DNA of 42,743 nucleotides, taken from the NCBI GenBank assembly GCA_010015585.1, contig ML975163.1; one strand, written 5' to 3'. Below the pieces are notes generated by a model. That model was not told where the DNA came from. It saw only the letters and a program-made list of their open reading frames with translations, and ran no database searches. This stretch comes from Eremomyces bilateralis CBS 781.70. Taxonomy: Eukaryota. This document shows, in pieces, positions 1 through 11,657 of the stretch (position 1 is its first letter; the number at the start of each line of letters is the position of its first letter). Position numbers and translations under genes: made by a program.

Positions 1-1290
1 GTTCCTGGCGGCCAGGAGAGTCCTGGTCTATCCGCCCTAGACGGGCAGGAAGGGCAGGTCAATGGACGTTCCAGACCTGGGTCTGTGTCCAGTTTACCGC
101 TGTCTGTTAAAGAACAACTCGAAGATGCGAATGGTACGGAGGATTCTGGACAACCAAGCGTCGAGACCACCGAAGAACGGGCGGAATCGGCTCAACCTGG
201 AGAGACACGCAGCCTTACGAAGCAACCCAGCCGTGGCTCCATAGCTGAGCCTTCGAAACCCATCCGTCGAATCCCCGTCCCCGTCATCAACACCTCCATT
301 AGCGCATCTTCCGAACCCGCAACGCAGACGCCAACTCCTACAACCGCAACACCCGCCATCCGACCCAGTCTCTCCAAACGGCACTCGACCAGCACCTTAT
401 CTCCCGACTCCCGCCGCTCCAGCATCCCCATCTTCAGCGACCGGTTAGCCGAGGAGCTGGCGAAGACTCCACCGCCTCTTCCATCGCAGCGGCGGGCTAG
501 CCCGGGCGGATCGCGGATTCCGAACATCAGCAGGTCGAGTAGCACCGAGTCGAGGCGGACCCACCGTACTATAAGTCCGAGGCCCAGCAGTGTGATGTTA
601 GGGGACTTGAGAGTGAGTATGGCATTGATGGGGGAAGACGCGAAGGAGCAAGAGCCAATGGCTAGCATCTCGGATGAGGCAAAAGTAACCAGCATCGAAG
701 AAAAGGCCCAGGAAGACATTACGAGTGTCACGACGAATAGTTCTTCCCAGAAAGTCGAGGAGAAAGAATCAGCTCCAGACGATTTATTACCTGAACCGCT
801 CCCCCAAAGCCCTCATCGGCACCCCAAACCACCGCTTCCACCTCGTCATCCCAAACGGTCTTCCGCCGACGCCTCATCCGACTCCTCCGACTCCTCCACC
901 CTCCATGATCCCGTCAACTCTACCTTCTTCGGCCACGATTCCTCTGCCGCCAAGGCCGCTGTTTCACCTCTCTCGACATCCGACCAAGACATTGCCAGTC
1001 CCGCCTCAGGAGACCCCGCCACCCACCCTCCCTCAAATCCATCGATCCCCGGAACCGAAACCAACACCGAAACACCAGCAGCGCCAGTATCATCCGAGCC
1101 GTCGCCAATCATCATTTCCCATCACGAATATGATCCCGACGCGCCGGTCAAGCGGCGTCCGGTGCCCAAGCCGCCGTTGCCGAAGCGACACGAGCATCGT
1201 ACGGTGGCGGAGGAGAGCAAGGAGAAGGACATCGGTGTTGGAGTGCTAAGTGGACATATGGGAAAGGCATTGGTGGACACGACAGAGTGA
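1..1290 (+). CDS. 3' part of a gene entering from outside the window; long Ser/Pro/Thr-rich low-complexity C-terminal region, product unknown
   Basis: Frame is open from base 1 to TGA at 1288-1290; no recognisable domain, and it does not resemble the SLA2 ANTH or I/LWEQ domains. Confidence 0.65.
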   Translation, partial: VPGGQESPGLSALDGQEGQVNGRSRPGSVSSLPLSVKEQLEDANGTEDSGQPSVETTEERAESAQPGETRSLTKQPSRGSIAEPSKPIRRIPVPVINTSISASSEPATQTPTPTTATPAIRPSLSKRHSTSTLSPDSRRSSIPIFSDRLAEELAKTPPPLPSQRRASPGGSRIPNISRSSSTESRRTHRTISPRPSSVMLGDLRVSMALMGEDAKEQEPMASISDEAKVTSIEEKAQEDITSVTTNSSSQKVEEKESAPDDLLPEPLPQSPHRHPKPPLPPRHPKRSSADASSDSSDSSTLHDPVNSTFFGHDSSAAKAAVSPLSTSDQDIASPASGDPATHPPSNPSIPGTETNTETPAAPVSSEPSPIIISHHEYDPDAPVKRRPVPKPPLPKRHEHRTVAEESKEKDIGVGVLSGHMGKALVDTTE

Positions 1291-2892
1291 GCAGCCCGCC
1301 AGAAGGGACTTCTTGCCGACGATATATCTCAACCGGATGACGCGACTCGTTCATCCTGTCCGTCACCGCTTCGTTCGCCCCTCTGCCAGCGTGCTATCAA
1401 CGTCCATGGGCTGGCTGATGCAGCCAGTGACGGATACGATTACCTATCTTCCTGTCCATATCTTATGTTGTTCGCGACGGTGGCTAAGGAAACGCCTTCT
1501 TTTGGCGTTCGTTTTAGAGATTCGAAATACCCAGCATATAATTGTGTCTATCATCAAGGTAGTAGCCTACGAATCAAGTCGTTGATTTCTTCCTACGCAT
1601 TTCTTGCATCGTGTGTCTTGAGGACTTGCTTCAGCTGGTGAGTCGGATGAGTAGGCGTGTGCTATGACCTCGACTTGTAAGCTCAGTCAAATGTATCGCG
1701 CCTGGTGTCTCCTGTATCAACGTCCACGTATCCAGGCCATCGTCGCTGATATTAGAGGAGGTTCATTGGGGACGCACACGAGCTTGTTCGCTACGTGAGC
1801 TTATTCCTTCATCCACGTCGATGCGACGTGATTTTTTTTCAGCTTCAGCCTCTTGCCTCAAGCCATCTAATCTCTTTCACTGTGTACAATCCTCCAGTGC
1901 CAACCAGTGGTATCCGCGGCGCTTCTCTCTTGCCCCATTCTCGACTTGCTAAATGCCTTATGTACAGGGGCATCAAGATGGGAAACATTACACAGTGTGC
2001 TCGCGGTGCTCCTGTCTGCGTAGTCCTGGTCCAGAACAACACCGCTCTCAACGGTTTCACTGCCTCTTGTTTCAGCCACGAATGGTTACTAGCCGAGCAT
2101 CAACGATGGATCTTCTTCTGTTATTCTGCGCCTCTAGGATTGTAGTGAGCGGCTCGAAGGGAATCTACATTCCTAACAAAGGTTAAACTTAAAAATTATG
2201 ATCGTGCCTACATTCAAGTTTCGCGCCTTCGTGCCTTGCTGCTGGCTCGGCTTGCTGCAACTCCTCCCTGCTTCCTCGCGTAATCGCATCGTCTCGACCG
2301 CAATTTCGGCGTTCGTTCGTGTAGTAGTACAGTGTTGCACCCCTGTCTTTGATCATGATCGTGTAGGGGAAGAGGTACTCGCCCTATCCCATATGCTGTA
2401 GGCAATCTAATGTAGATCAATCCCCTCTCTGCCATCATACAGCTCCGACTCACACGAGCTCATCGAATGATGAAGTAGTCCCAACCAAAGCTGAAGCGAC
2501 CTGGAAGCGGATTGCAGAAGTCGTGATGCATTCCAGTTGCTCCTGCTTGTTCGGGGGCAATGCCGATCCTGGTACGCTAGAGTACCATAATGGACGAAGC
2601 GGCTTGGCAGAGGGACCTGTCTAAGCATATTTCAACCTCATCTCAACATTTTCGAATCATCGCGTATCAGAACATCAGTCCTACGCGTGGTTGCAATCCC
2701 ACGAAACTATTTCGGGTTCAATCGACCGTTTTGGTTACGTTTAATAGTATCCATAATTTTGTGTCAAGCCCATTGCTAGCGTAGTCTCTCACCAAACAGC
2801 ATCATGCAGTGCCCATCCCATCGCTTTATTCCTGCTTGGTATCCACATTCCTACCCGACAATGCAGTCAAATTCCTGCTTCTCACTCCTTTC

Positions 2893-3832
2893 TCACGCTA
2901 CATCCGCAGTCTCCTGCTCCCCAGTCTCTTCATCCCTAATATCCTCCAGGTCGAATACCGCATTCATGGGCAAGAATGGGTCCCTGTCGAGCAGTAGTTT
3001 CGCAACCTCAGCCGCAGTAACCTCCTTCCGGTTCTCCAGTGCCCTGAGCATCCGCCCTTGCGTTGTGCCGGTCTCCTTGTCGAACGGAGTCCATCGATCG
3101 GTCCCACCGAGCCCTTCATTATTGCGGCCTTCGACGACGAGCATTTGCAGATTGGTAGCGAGAACGTGATAGATTGCTCTGTGTACCTTGGAGTTTTTCT
3201 TCAATCCTTCTTCTTTGAAGTCGGCAACTGTTTAAGGTCTGTCAGCAACATAGAAGTCTAAACATTACGGAAGAGCAGGGGTGGATCTACTACTTACCGA
3301 TCCTATCCAACGCTTGCTGGTCGCCTTCGACGAGACACTCAAGCAGCTGCGCCTCAACAACTGATTCAAGGTAGTCCTGGTTGAAGACGAGACCGCGGGG
3401 CGTGGCCTTATAGTCTCTGATGTGGTTTTCCACAGTGAGGCCTTTCATCACCGACAGAGAGCCTGTTCGCCTGCAGATAGAAGTAAGTACGCTTTTTTGT
3501 ATTTCCCATGCCTTCCAAATTATGCCAATCACTTACTCGAACCACATCTGCAGTAGCCCTCCCTTGCACAAATCCTTGATCTCACTGGCACTCTTCTCGA
3601 GCTCCGGATCGGCTAGGTAAGTAAGAGCGAATCTGAGGAAAGACCACTGCTCATTGACTGATGCTTGTTCGCCTTGGAGTAGTTCCTCATATTTGACAAC
3701 GGCATTCGGGTCGAGTGGCTTGTTCATGTCCACGTAGACGCGTCGACCCATTGGGAGACGCGCAGACCTAGATGTAGGAGCATCGGCCCCATATCCTAGG
3801 TCGATGAACTTCTTCAACACTTCGTGAGCCAT
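2893..3832 (-). CDS. Uncharacterised multi-exon protein (~267 aa) divergent from MAT1-2-1; candidate accessory MAT gene
   Basis: Exons 3832-3537, 3470-3298 and 3227-2893 join in frame through two GTAAGT...CAG introns (3536-3471, 3297-3228), linking three separate ORF-track fragments. Both ends are uncertain: possible extra 3' exons to ~2200-2460 and a possible upstream intron. Confidence 0.7.
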
Positions 3833-4360
3833 CTTTGCTTGCCCAATGTTAGGTGTCAGCCGTTGATTAGTTTCCTTGTCTGTGTGGGATGTTTATTTGT
3901 TTCCCTGTGGCATAATCACATGCTCAAATTCTGGGTGCCATCAATCCACTTGTTATTGCCTTCTGCTCTCGATTCTTTCTCCTTCATCACAGATTTCTAT
4001 TCTCACTTCCAGCAAGTTGTCATTCACTCTACTTGGGTGATCCAGTGATAATATCATTCACTTAGGCTACGGTTCGCCTATTTCCTTCTCGTCCGCCTTC
4101 CTCTCTTTCGCAAATTTCTTATCACTTCCGCTCTCCTTCTTTTTCCCCCCGCACAAATCTCTTCCACTCATCTTCCCTTTCCTTTCACATAAACTCTTCC
4201 ACTCTTCTTCTTTTCCTCTCACACAGAACTCGCCAATACCTCTACCAATCTTTGTTTCTATCCTCCAACTCGCCCTCACCCTCAACCACTTGCTGGTATC
4301 CTAACAATATCAAGTCATCGTACCAGCTAGTACTTGCGATAGCTCCTCAATTCCGCAATC

Positions 4361-5705
4361 ATGGGGTCCAAAGTAGATTTCTACTGGAAGCTGTGCCTCG
4401 AGAGCCTCAATGCCAGGAAAGCGACAATTTCTCTCCCAAAGGCGATCGTGAATGAGATCGACCTCGCTGGCCTCGAAGAATTGAAGCAGCGTGTAAAGTA
4501 AGTTCAATCCAGTCCAACTACCTTGCATTCGCTTACTTCTTAGGGCGCATACCAAGTCTGGAGTCAAACTTCAAATTGAGGATGATGCTGTCGTTCTCAA
4601 GGCGGAGCCTGAGGCTCTCAACGCGGCCAACTCGTCCAAGGGTTCCGGCTCCAAATCTGGACCAGCCAAGGAGAAGAAGATTCCTCGCCCTCCCAATCAA
4701 TGGATCCTTTTTCGCCAGCATCATCACCATAGTGTCGTCGCCAACAATCCTGGCATGGATGTCTACACGACTTGTAAGATACCACATAATACCCTCAGTC
4801 TAGGTCCTTCCACTGACGGAAATCTCACAGCCAAAGTCATCGGTGCCATGTGGCGTGACGCATCTGATGAGGAGAAAGCCTCTTGGAAGGCGAAAGCTGT
4901 CGAGGTAGCTCGTCTCCACAGGCTCAAGTACCCCAATTACACCTACGCCCCTCGTAAGACGTCGGAAGTGAAGCGTCGCAACACCAAAGCGAAAGCCGTC
5001 ACTACTCCCAGCACCGAAGATAGCATGGAATATACGCCTAAGCAGGCCGATTCGGATAGCGAACTCGACAATGAGTACGACGATATCTTCGACGAAATCT
5101 CCATGGATGTGGATGTCTCCGGAGCCACGGTAACTGCCTCAGCTCAATCTTTCGCTGCCGCTGCTACTGCTCAGGTCAATCATGCTGTCGCTACTTCTAT
5201 CAACGGTACCCCTGCCGCACAGGCGCAGGACCCCGCACCAGAATTCCAGCCCAACGTCGCTTATGCAAATATGGGGATCAATGCTCCTCTCAATTTGCTC
5301 CACGCTCATGCTGCTGGGTTTGACGCTTCCTCCGCTCCTCATCCCAGCCTCTGGTCATTCACCCCTCAGATGCGTTCGATTGGCTTCCATGGGACTGAGT
5401 CCGCCGCAATGCCGTCTGACCTTGGACGGGGCGACTTTTGTACGAGGAGTCAAATGGTTGCTCGCCGATCTGGTATGTCACTCCTCTCTGGAGAGCGCAG
5501 CCACGGACTCGGCAACGCGGCAAACACCGGGTATCATAACAATGGGCCTAGTCTTGTCGCAACGGCCAACTACCTCAACGCCCAGTATCCGCCTGGAACT
5601 CAGTTCGGTTTCGCCACCGCGTCTGTTGCCCATCCTCCGGCAGTCGCAACCGCTTCTAGCACTGCAACTGTGCAATCTCACAACAACAATAGCAACAGCA
5701 ACTAA
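4361..5705 (+). CDS. MAT1-2-1: Mating-type HMG-box transcription factor MAT1-2-1 (~413 aa)
   Basis: Exons 4361-4497, 4544-4773, 4831-5705. Spliced HMG box KIPRPPNQWILFRQHHHHSVVANNPGMDVYTTSKVIGAMWRDASDEEKASWKAKAVEVARLHRLKYPNYTYAPRKTSEVKRR; the intron splits the conserved Ser codon (T|CC); PRKxSExKRR tail; linked to APN2. Confidence 0.95.
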
Positions 5706-6171
5706 AGTTGATGGTAACCGATTCTTTGTTCCACCGTTGCTGCTATTGCCAGTCACCAGAGCATTTCGAGCTGGCTACTCTTCGTACCTGTCCTTTCTTG
5801 AACTGTTAAAATGCACCGAGATTTTCGGAATCCTTTTACCGACTACTGTCCGACCTCGGGGTCTGTCAAGCACGAAGTCATTCGAATCACTTCATAAAAT
5901 CTTTGAAGAATCAGTTCGACTTCCATGGGTTTTCACATGGAATTCGCACCGGGTTTGTCGGATCCGTCCAATTATTTCTTGGAGCAATTTATATTCCGCT
6001 CTACCGCTCAGTTCCCCAACGCTTCTGTTCTTGTGCATAGCACTTTAGAGAGCAGTCGCAAAACCATAGCATTTTGGGCTGTTAACTAGGCGATCTTGCT
6101 CCTCTGCAGCTCTCTTCCATTGGCGCTTCTTCTTCCATTTCCCTCATTTCCACACCGCGGCGTTGATTTGT

Positions 6172-6385
6172 TTTGGGCAAGTAGGCCATTTATTTCCCAG
6201 TGTCTTTCGACACATTCCCTCAATTCCCCTCAATTCCTCCCCTCAATCCCCTCAATTCCTTCCCTCAATTCCCCTCAATATCCCTCACTAATCCGCGGAT
6301 TATGTTCCGTTTCTCCCACTTTTCACACCCCGGCGAATGCTTTGGGCAAATAGGCCATTTGCCAGTGTCTTTCGACACATACCCC
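6172..6385. repeat. CCCTCAAT minisatellite bracketed by a ~45-bp imperfect direct repeat
   Basis: Six CCCTCAAT copies plus one variant at 6217-6289. Flanks are TTTGGGCAA.TAGGCCATTT...CCAGTGTCTTTCGACACAT at 6172-6215 and 6341-6380, with a 19-bp exact core at 6197-6215 and 6362-6380. Confidence 0.85.
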
Positions 6386-6766
6386 AACTCCTTTAAATAG
6401 TCTTTAGTAGTAGTAGATAGAAAATGCAAGCTTTGGTTTCACCAATTTCTGATTCCAAATATTGGTCGAGGAACATGTGACATGTTCTAATCTGGTGAAT
6501 GAAGACTGGTACCAAAATACTCTGTCGATTATCCGATAACACTAAACAGTTCATTTTCCGTAGGTAGCAGCAGCCTTGTGAAATGTTCTAGACCAGCCTT
6601 CACCACTCATTCTCTTGTCATATCCAGCTCTCATTCACCGTCACCATCTTCTCTTTTTCGCCCTGCTCAATATTAGCACGCCACCGAACGACGGCATGCA
6701 ATCATAACATCTCAAAGATACTGGCTCCTTGGCTAAAACAACCACGATATCTCACCAGAAGCAGCG

Positions 6767-7988
6767 ATGTCTCTAGCAAACTATGCTTTCATGCAACAAT
6801 ACCGTTAGTATATCCTTCTATTCCAACCGCTCGACCACTCGGTAACCATCTTACTAGTCCGCGTGTCGGAAGAACTCACTTGGGTGATCCGTACTACCAG
6901 CCACTGCCTCTCCCTCTGGAAATTCTGCGACTACCTCGACTACAACGCCTTCAGGCAGTGTTACAACGAACTTAACTATGCTATTGAGCATCTCGATCAC
7001 CTCAGGCACAACTTCCCTTACCTCTTCGCAGAGCACAGCGGGCGTTACGCGAACTGCGAGCCATTATTCATTCAACTCAGAGGTAAAGTCGAGGCACTCC
7101 TCACGATGTTCTACAAACATCCGCAGGACGGAATATACAATGTGCCGGACCTTCACCCTGGGTTAGTCAGAACGAATTTCTGGATGTTGAAGGACGCATG
7201 GAAGACTGCATCGGACGCGTTGGAGCATGACGCACGGTGGCTGCTGCCTGTGATGATGACGCAGGATTTGTTGAAGAGGGTGCTGCCCGTGGGAATCAAG
7301 CCAGAGAGTGTGGCCTTTCTGGTCGTCTATGATGCACGATTTGCAAGGCACCTGCTGTTTGGGATCATGCTCGCGATTCGCAAGCACTTCAATCAGGCAG
7401 GACTAAATCAATTTAGAAGACATCGTGCATTGAGACTGACCGAATATAGCAACAAGCAAACCAAGGCGAAGTCCTTCAGACAGTGGCTTCAGTGTGTTGT
7501 TCTACTGCTTTTCACAAGACCCAGCTAACTTATGATAGATGTCAATCAACCGCCTCTGGGCACCTGAACTCCACAAACTACCCCTCGAAGACCGCCTTCA
7601 AGCAACCTGGCGCGACGTTCGTTTCCCCAACTCAGCTTGACTCCATTTCTCTCACGTTCTCTGCTTACACCAAACTCCACAGGACTCCTTCGTTAACAAC
7701 CGCTGCATCATGGTTTTCCACTGGAACAACCGCAAATTCCTCGGCGGTCAATGCGACGACACCTGGCAATGGGTCTGCTTCCGAAATCCCGACGACGACG
7801 AGCCGATGTTGCATCTGAAGTATCCGGCGGAAACGGGAGGGATAACCGAGCCGTTGAACGAGTTGCCGGTGAACAGGGCTTGGGGACAGCATATCGATCA
7901 GAAGGATTGGATGAGGATTGAGTTTCCGGATCCGTACTATTGGGAGCCGATGCAGAGGAGGGGCGAGAGTGGGGCATTCATTCCCTAA
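6767..7988 (+). CDS. Uncharacterised multi-exon protein (~340 aa) between MAT1-2-1 and APN2; candidate accessory MAT or MAT-adjacent gene
   Basis: Exons 6767-6803, 6858-~7465 (donor ambiguous: GC at 7466 or GT at 7496), 7539-7616, 7683-7988; GCTAAC branch site before 7538. Splicing joins ORFs 6863..7528 and 7710..7988 into one aromatic-rich, globular-looking protein. Confidence 0.7.
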
Positions 7989-8322
7989 AGAAATGATCTG
8001 AGTGATGGCGAAGATGAGTAACCTTACTGATTCGATTGTGTTGAAATGTTTGAAGGATATCGTCGCCTCAGAAGTTGGCAAGACGCCTCTCGAGGAGCTT
8101 GAGTAGGCGATTCAAGTTTTCGTCGATTTCTACAAAAAAGTATTCCGGGTATCTGGGAATTCGGCTTGTAGTCTCGTAACCCATAGCAATAACTCTTCTC
8201 AGACATATTTTCCATGGGCCATTGTGCACATCACGATACGCTATTCCGTAATAATCACGGTGCTGATTATTCTTACATGCTGAGCAGCCTCGTCTCCATA
8301 GCAGCCGTCATAGCCTCTTTCT

Positions 8323-10425
8323 TCATCCCTGCCCATTCCAGTCACTAGCCCATATGAATGTATGACATCGCCAGTGTGTCCCCTTCTCCTTGTTTCCTGA
8401 CGGTCCGATAGGTCTGCTGAATGATCAGTAGATGCGAAAGCCTAGCAAAATTTCGAACATTACCGTGGGCATATCCAGAAGTACCTCCCGACGTTGACAC
8501 CTTTCTTCTTGCTTGATAGACTGATGCATGGTTCTTCATGCCCTTCGCATAGAGGTGCTTTCCGCTTCTTGAAGACTTTGTCCCATGATTCTTTTGTCAC
8601 TATCGGGTCGTACACATCATCTGACTCACCCTTTGCGCTAAACGGCTCAGCACTTTTGGTCGCTTCAGTTTCAAAGTTAGTTACCTTTTTGGGTGTCGGG
8701 TTCGGGCTAGCCGTTGAAAGAGTTGTGGGGTTCGATTCGGAACGTAAATCAGAATTTGCTACGGCAGTAGCTGTTTTGGCCGTGCCAGGCTGGGACGGCG
8801 TTTCGGATATTGATGCGCTCCTGTCTCGACTGGAGGAGCCGTTCGGAACTGTCGACTTGGCCTGGAAGAAGCTTTTTAGCGACTTTTGGCCTTTGGAAGT
8901 TGCAGGGAGTGAGGATGTGGAAGAGCCGAGCTTTGCGCGTTTCGATGGCCGTTCGTTCGTCACCCGATTCGAGGGGTTTGACACGACTGGCGATGCCCTG
9001 GCACTTGGCGATACCCCGCTGCGCGAAACTCTAGGAGAGATCGGTGTTTTAGGTTCTGTCGATGTGATAGGAGCTGTAGATGGTGTTGAGGATTCTGTCT
9101 GGGTAGGATATATGCCAATTGAGGTGGCCGAACTTTGGCTTTGAGATGGTGACAGTGCACCTGGCTTTGGAGCAGAGCCGCTGGACTGCTTCCGGCCAAA
9201 CATGTCTCTTATGCTCCTGCGCTTATCGAATTCCGGCAGTAGCTTTCCTGAGAGCGGGAGCAAGTCTTTGGGTCCCGGTTCGCGGAGACGGACTCCATCT
9301 TTGAAGATATCCCCTGGATGCATGATATCTCGAAAGAACGTTTCCTTGCCATCAGCCTGGACTTTCTCTCCCATAATGGCATAGACTGGGCAATGATCCG
9401 AGCCCTATGGATGTTAGAAGCTACCGGCAATAGAGTTTCCTCGACATACCATCAACCCTTCCTGGATGTTGGAATCGATGAACCACTCCTTCATAGAAAT
9501 ACTGGAAAGAACGTGGTCAATCCGAGAACCGAAGTTTGCTGGCCGAGCATTGATCTTCTGCTCCCAGTGCGTGAACATGCCCTGTCTTGTCGGATGAAAT
9601 CCTCGTGGAACATCCCAGAGCACCGGGTGCTCTCTTCCCTGGTCTCTTGGCTCCACGACTGGCGAGTCTTCGACAAGCTGATTGAAAAGCCGCCGATTTG
9701 GGGAGGACACATACTCATCGTATGTGATGCCTTCCTTCTTTATGGCTTCTATGGCACGCGCGGTATCAATCACATCTCGTGAGACATTCAGATCGCCGGT
9801 AAGGATAATTCGCTTTCCCATGGCATCCAGGTTCCGTATCCGTGTCTCGAGAGCACAAAAGAAGCCGTACCGAAAGTCATCACGCAGCCCATTGCTGTTA
9901 GCAGGACAATATACGCCGAATATGACAAACGCCGGGAACTCCAGGATGACACAGCGGCCTTCGGCGTCTAACGCGGCTGCATCGACCCCCATTTCCTCGA
10001 TCTGCTCTTCAGTAGGATAGCCGCCGATTGCTTTCTCAGCAGGAAGATCTCGGTACCGAGTCGATGTACCCGGTAAGGTCAGGATGCCAAGTAGCCCTTC
10101 CTCAGCCTTGATAGGTATGCACGCCGACTGTCGAGTATAGATGCCAACTCCAGAGTAGCCTGGACGGGCTTAGATCATGTCCTTGCAACTCGTCGATCAG
10201 CTTACCTTTCTTATGCTTTGGGAGACTGAAGAAGCAGTCCCAGCCAGGGATAAGCACCATATCATCTGTGAGGTCCTTTCTTTGGATCTTCAGTTCCTGC
10301 ATGACTACTATATCCGCCTCGAGGGTGTTGAACATGGCGTCGAAGGTTCGCTTCTCCCGCCATGGCTGGTATCCGAATGGATTTCGGATGCCATTCACAT
10401 TCCATGTCGTCAACCGCAGAGCCAT
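8323..10425 (-). CDS. APN2: AP endonuclease/DNA lyase Apn2
   Basis: ExoIII motifs LTTWNVNGIR, MQELK, GVYCPA, GDLNV, GSRIDHVL; C-terminal GRF zinc finger CEGHEEPC...GRYFWIC.RP.GPSG...WRC.TFIWASDW; three introns; stop at 8323-8325. Confidence 0.96.
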
Positions 10426-10842
10426 CTTAACGATCGGCTACATGTTCACACTGATAGAACGATGGAAACCCATGTACTTTCCAGCAATTGAGGAATCTTC
10501 CAGAGGCGGAATTGAAAATCGGGGACTCGGGAGGGCTCAACCGCGCTTTCCTACAGCGCCTATTGACATTCGGATGTCTTCAGAGGATTATTCACTAATA
10601 CGATATCCTCCATCGCGAGATGAATAGGAATCACCACTTTAAGACGACAGACGCGTTGTCAATCAGCGGTCGCAACGCCTGGTCACGTGCCTCGTGACAT
10701 CTCTCTCGGCCTCGGAAAATCATGTGACCGTGTATCAGGTCACCTCATCCAACCTCGACGAAACAACAGGGACAGCTTCTTTACAGCGTACAGCTTCAAT
10801 CTCCGACCCATTCTCCGCTCTACCGCCCTCAATTCATCCGAA

Positions 10843-11421
10843 ATGCTCTCTCAGCAACTCGTCGCTCGCTCAGCGCGAGCTGTCGCCCGCTCGACCCGAC
10901 AACCCGCGGTTCGAAGCGCCGGACGCCGCCAGTATTCCGGGGCCCAGAAGTTCGAGGGAGCGCAGGACAATGCGTTCAACCGTGAGCGTGCTGCCGTGAA
11001 GCAGCATGCGTCAGAGACTACGGGTGAGTGGATTTGAAAGGTCAAAGGATGTGGAGCGAGGTAATTGAGTGCTAATGATCCACGTAGATCTTTGGAGGAA
11101 GCTTTCCATCTAGTGAGCCACCTGACCGATTTCATCCGAGGCGGATCACTTACAAGCGCAGTGGCATTATCCCGGCCGTCCTGCTCACAGGAATCAATGC
11201 CTACAACCAGTGGAATGAACATTGGGAGCATGTCAGCCATGAGCCGCCGCGGTCGGAGAAGCCGGAGTACTCCTACCAAAATATTCGGACGAAGAACTTC
11301 TGCTGGGGAGACGGTGACAAGGTACTCTTTGCGGACTTGATTGCACGACTATACGGTTGCTGACACGGCCTGGCAGACTCTCTTCTGGAACGACAACGTC
11401 AACTACCATAAGGAAGATTAA
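10843..11421 (+). CDS. COX13: Cytochrome c oxidase subunit VIa
   Basis: Exons 10843-11023, 11088-11112, 11162-11321, 11377-11421; mitochondrial presequence, DNAFNRERAAVKQHA, LWRKLSIY, EYSYQNIRTKNFCWGDGDKTLFWN. Confidence 0.95.
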
Positions 11422-11657
11422 TGAGCTATGAACGATCCTGTTGGATTGCGAAGCCAAAAGGTTGAGGATGGTAACGTTCTTTCCCGAACTTGTATAGATC
11501 ATCTCCTTTGTCACATAGCACCATACAAAGTTATCGGTCGGTTGAAATGCGGAAACTTAAAAACTGTATTTGCGTGCCCGATTGCTACTACCCTAAAGCC
11601 TTTCTACCCAGACCGCCATCCATGCCAACTTGATTGGATACACTCAAATAGGTGTGT

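Noticed and set aside
1600..2800. MAT1-1-1 alpha-box gene or remnant
   Set aside because: No LN.F..FR.YY or W..DP....W...AKA.S..RD motif in the frames I read; IAYSIWDRAS near 2400 is too weak a resemblance.
4755..5705. ORF-track 316-aa protein as the full MAT1-2-1
   Set aside because: It reads through the in-frame 57-nt intron and misses two upstream exons; replaced by the spliced model.
5182..6048. 288-aa overlapping ORF
   Set aside because: Alternative frame of MAT1-2-1 exon 3 and its 3'UTR, with no domain-like features.
6217..6289. CRISPR or telomeric array
   Set aside because: Eukaryotic context, no spacers, irregular 9-13-bp period; CCCTCAAT is not CCCTAA.
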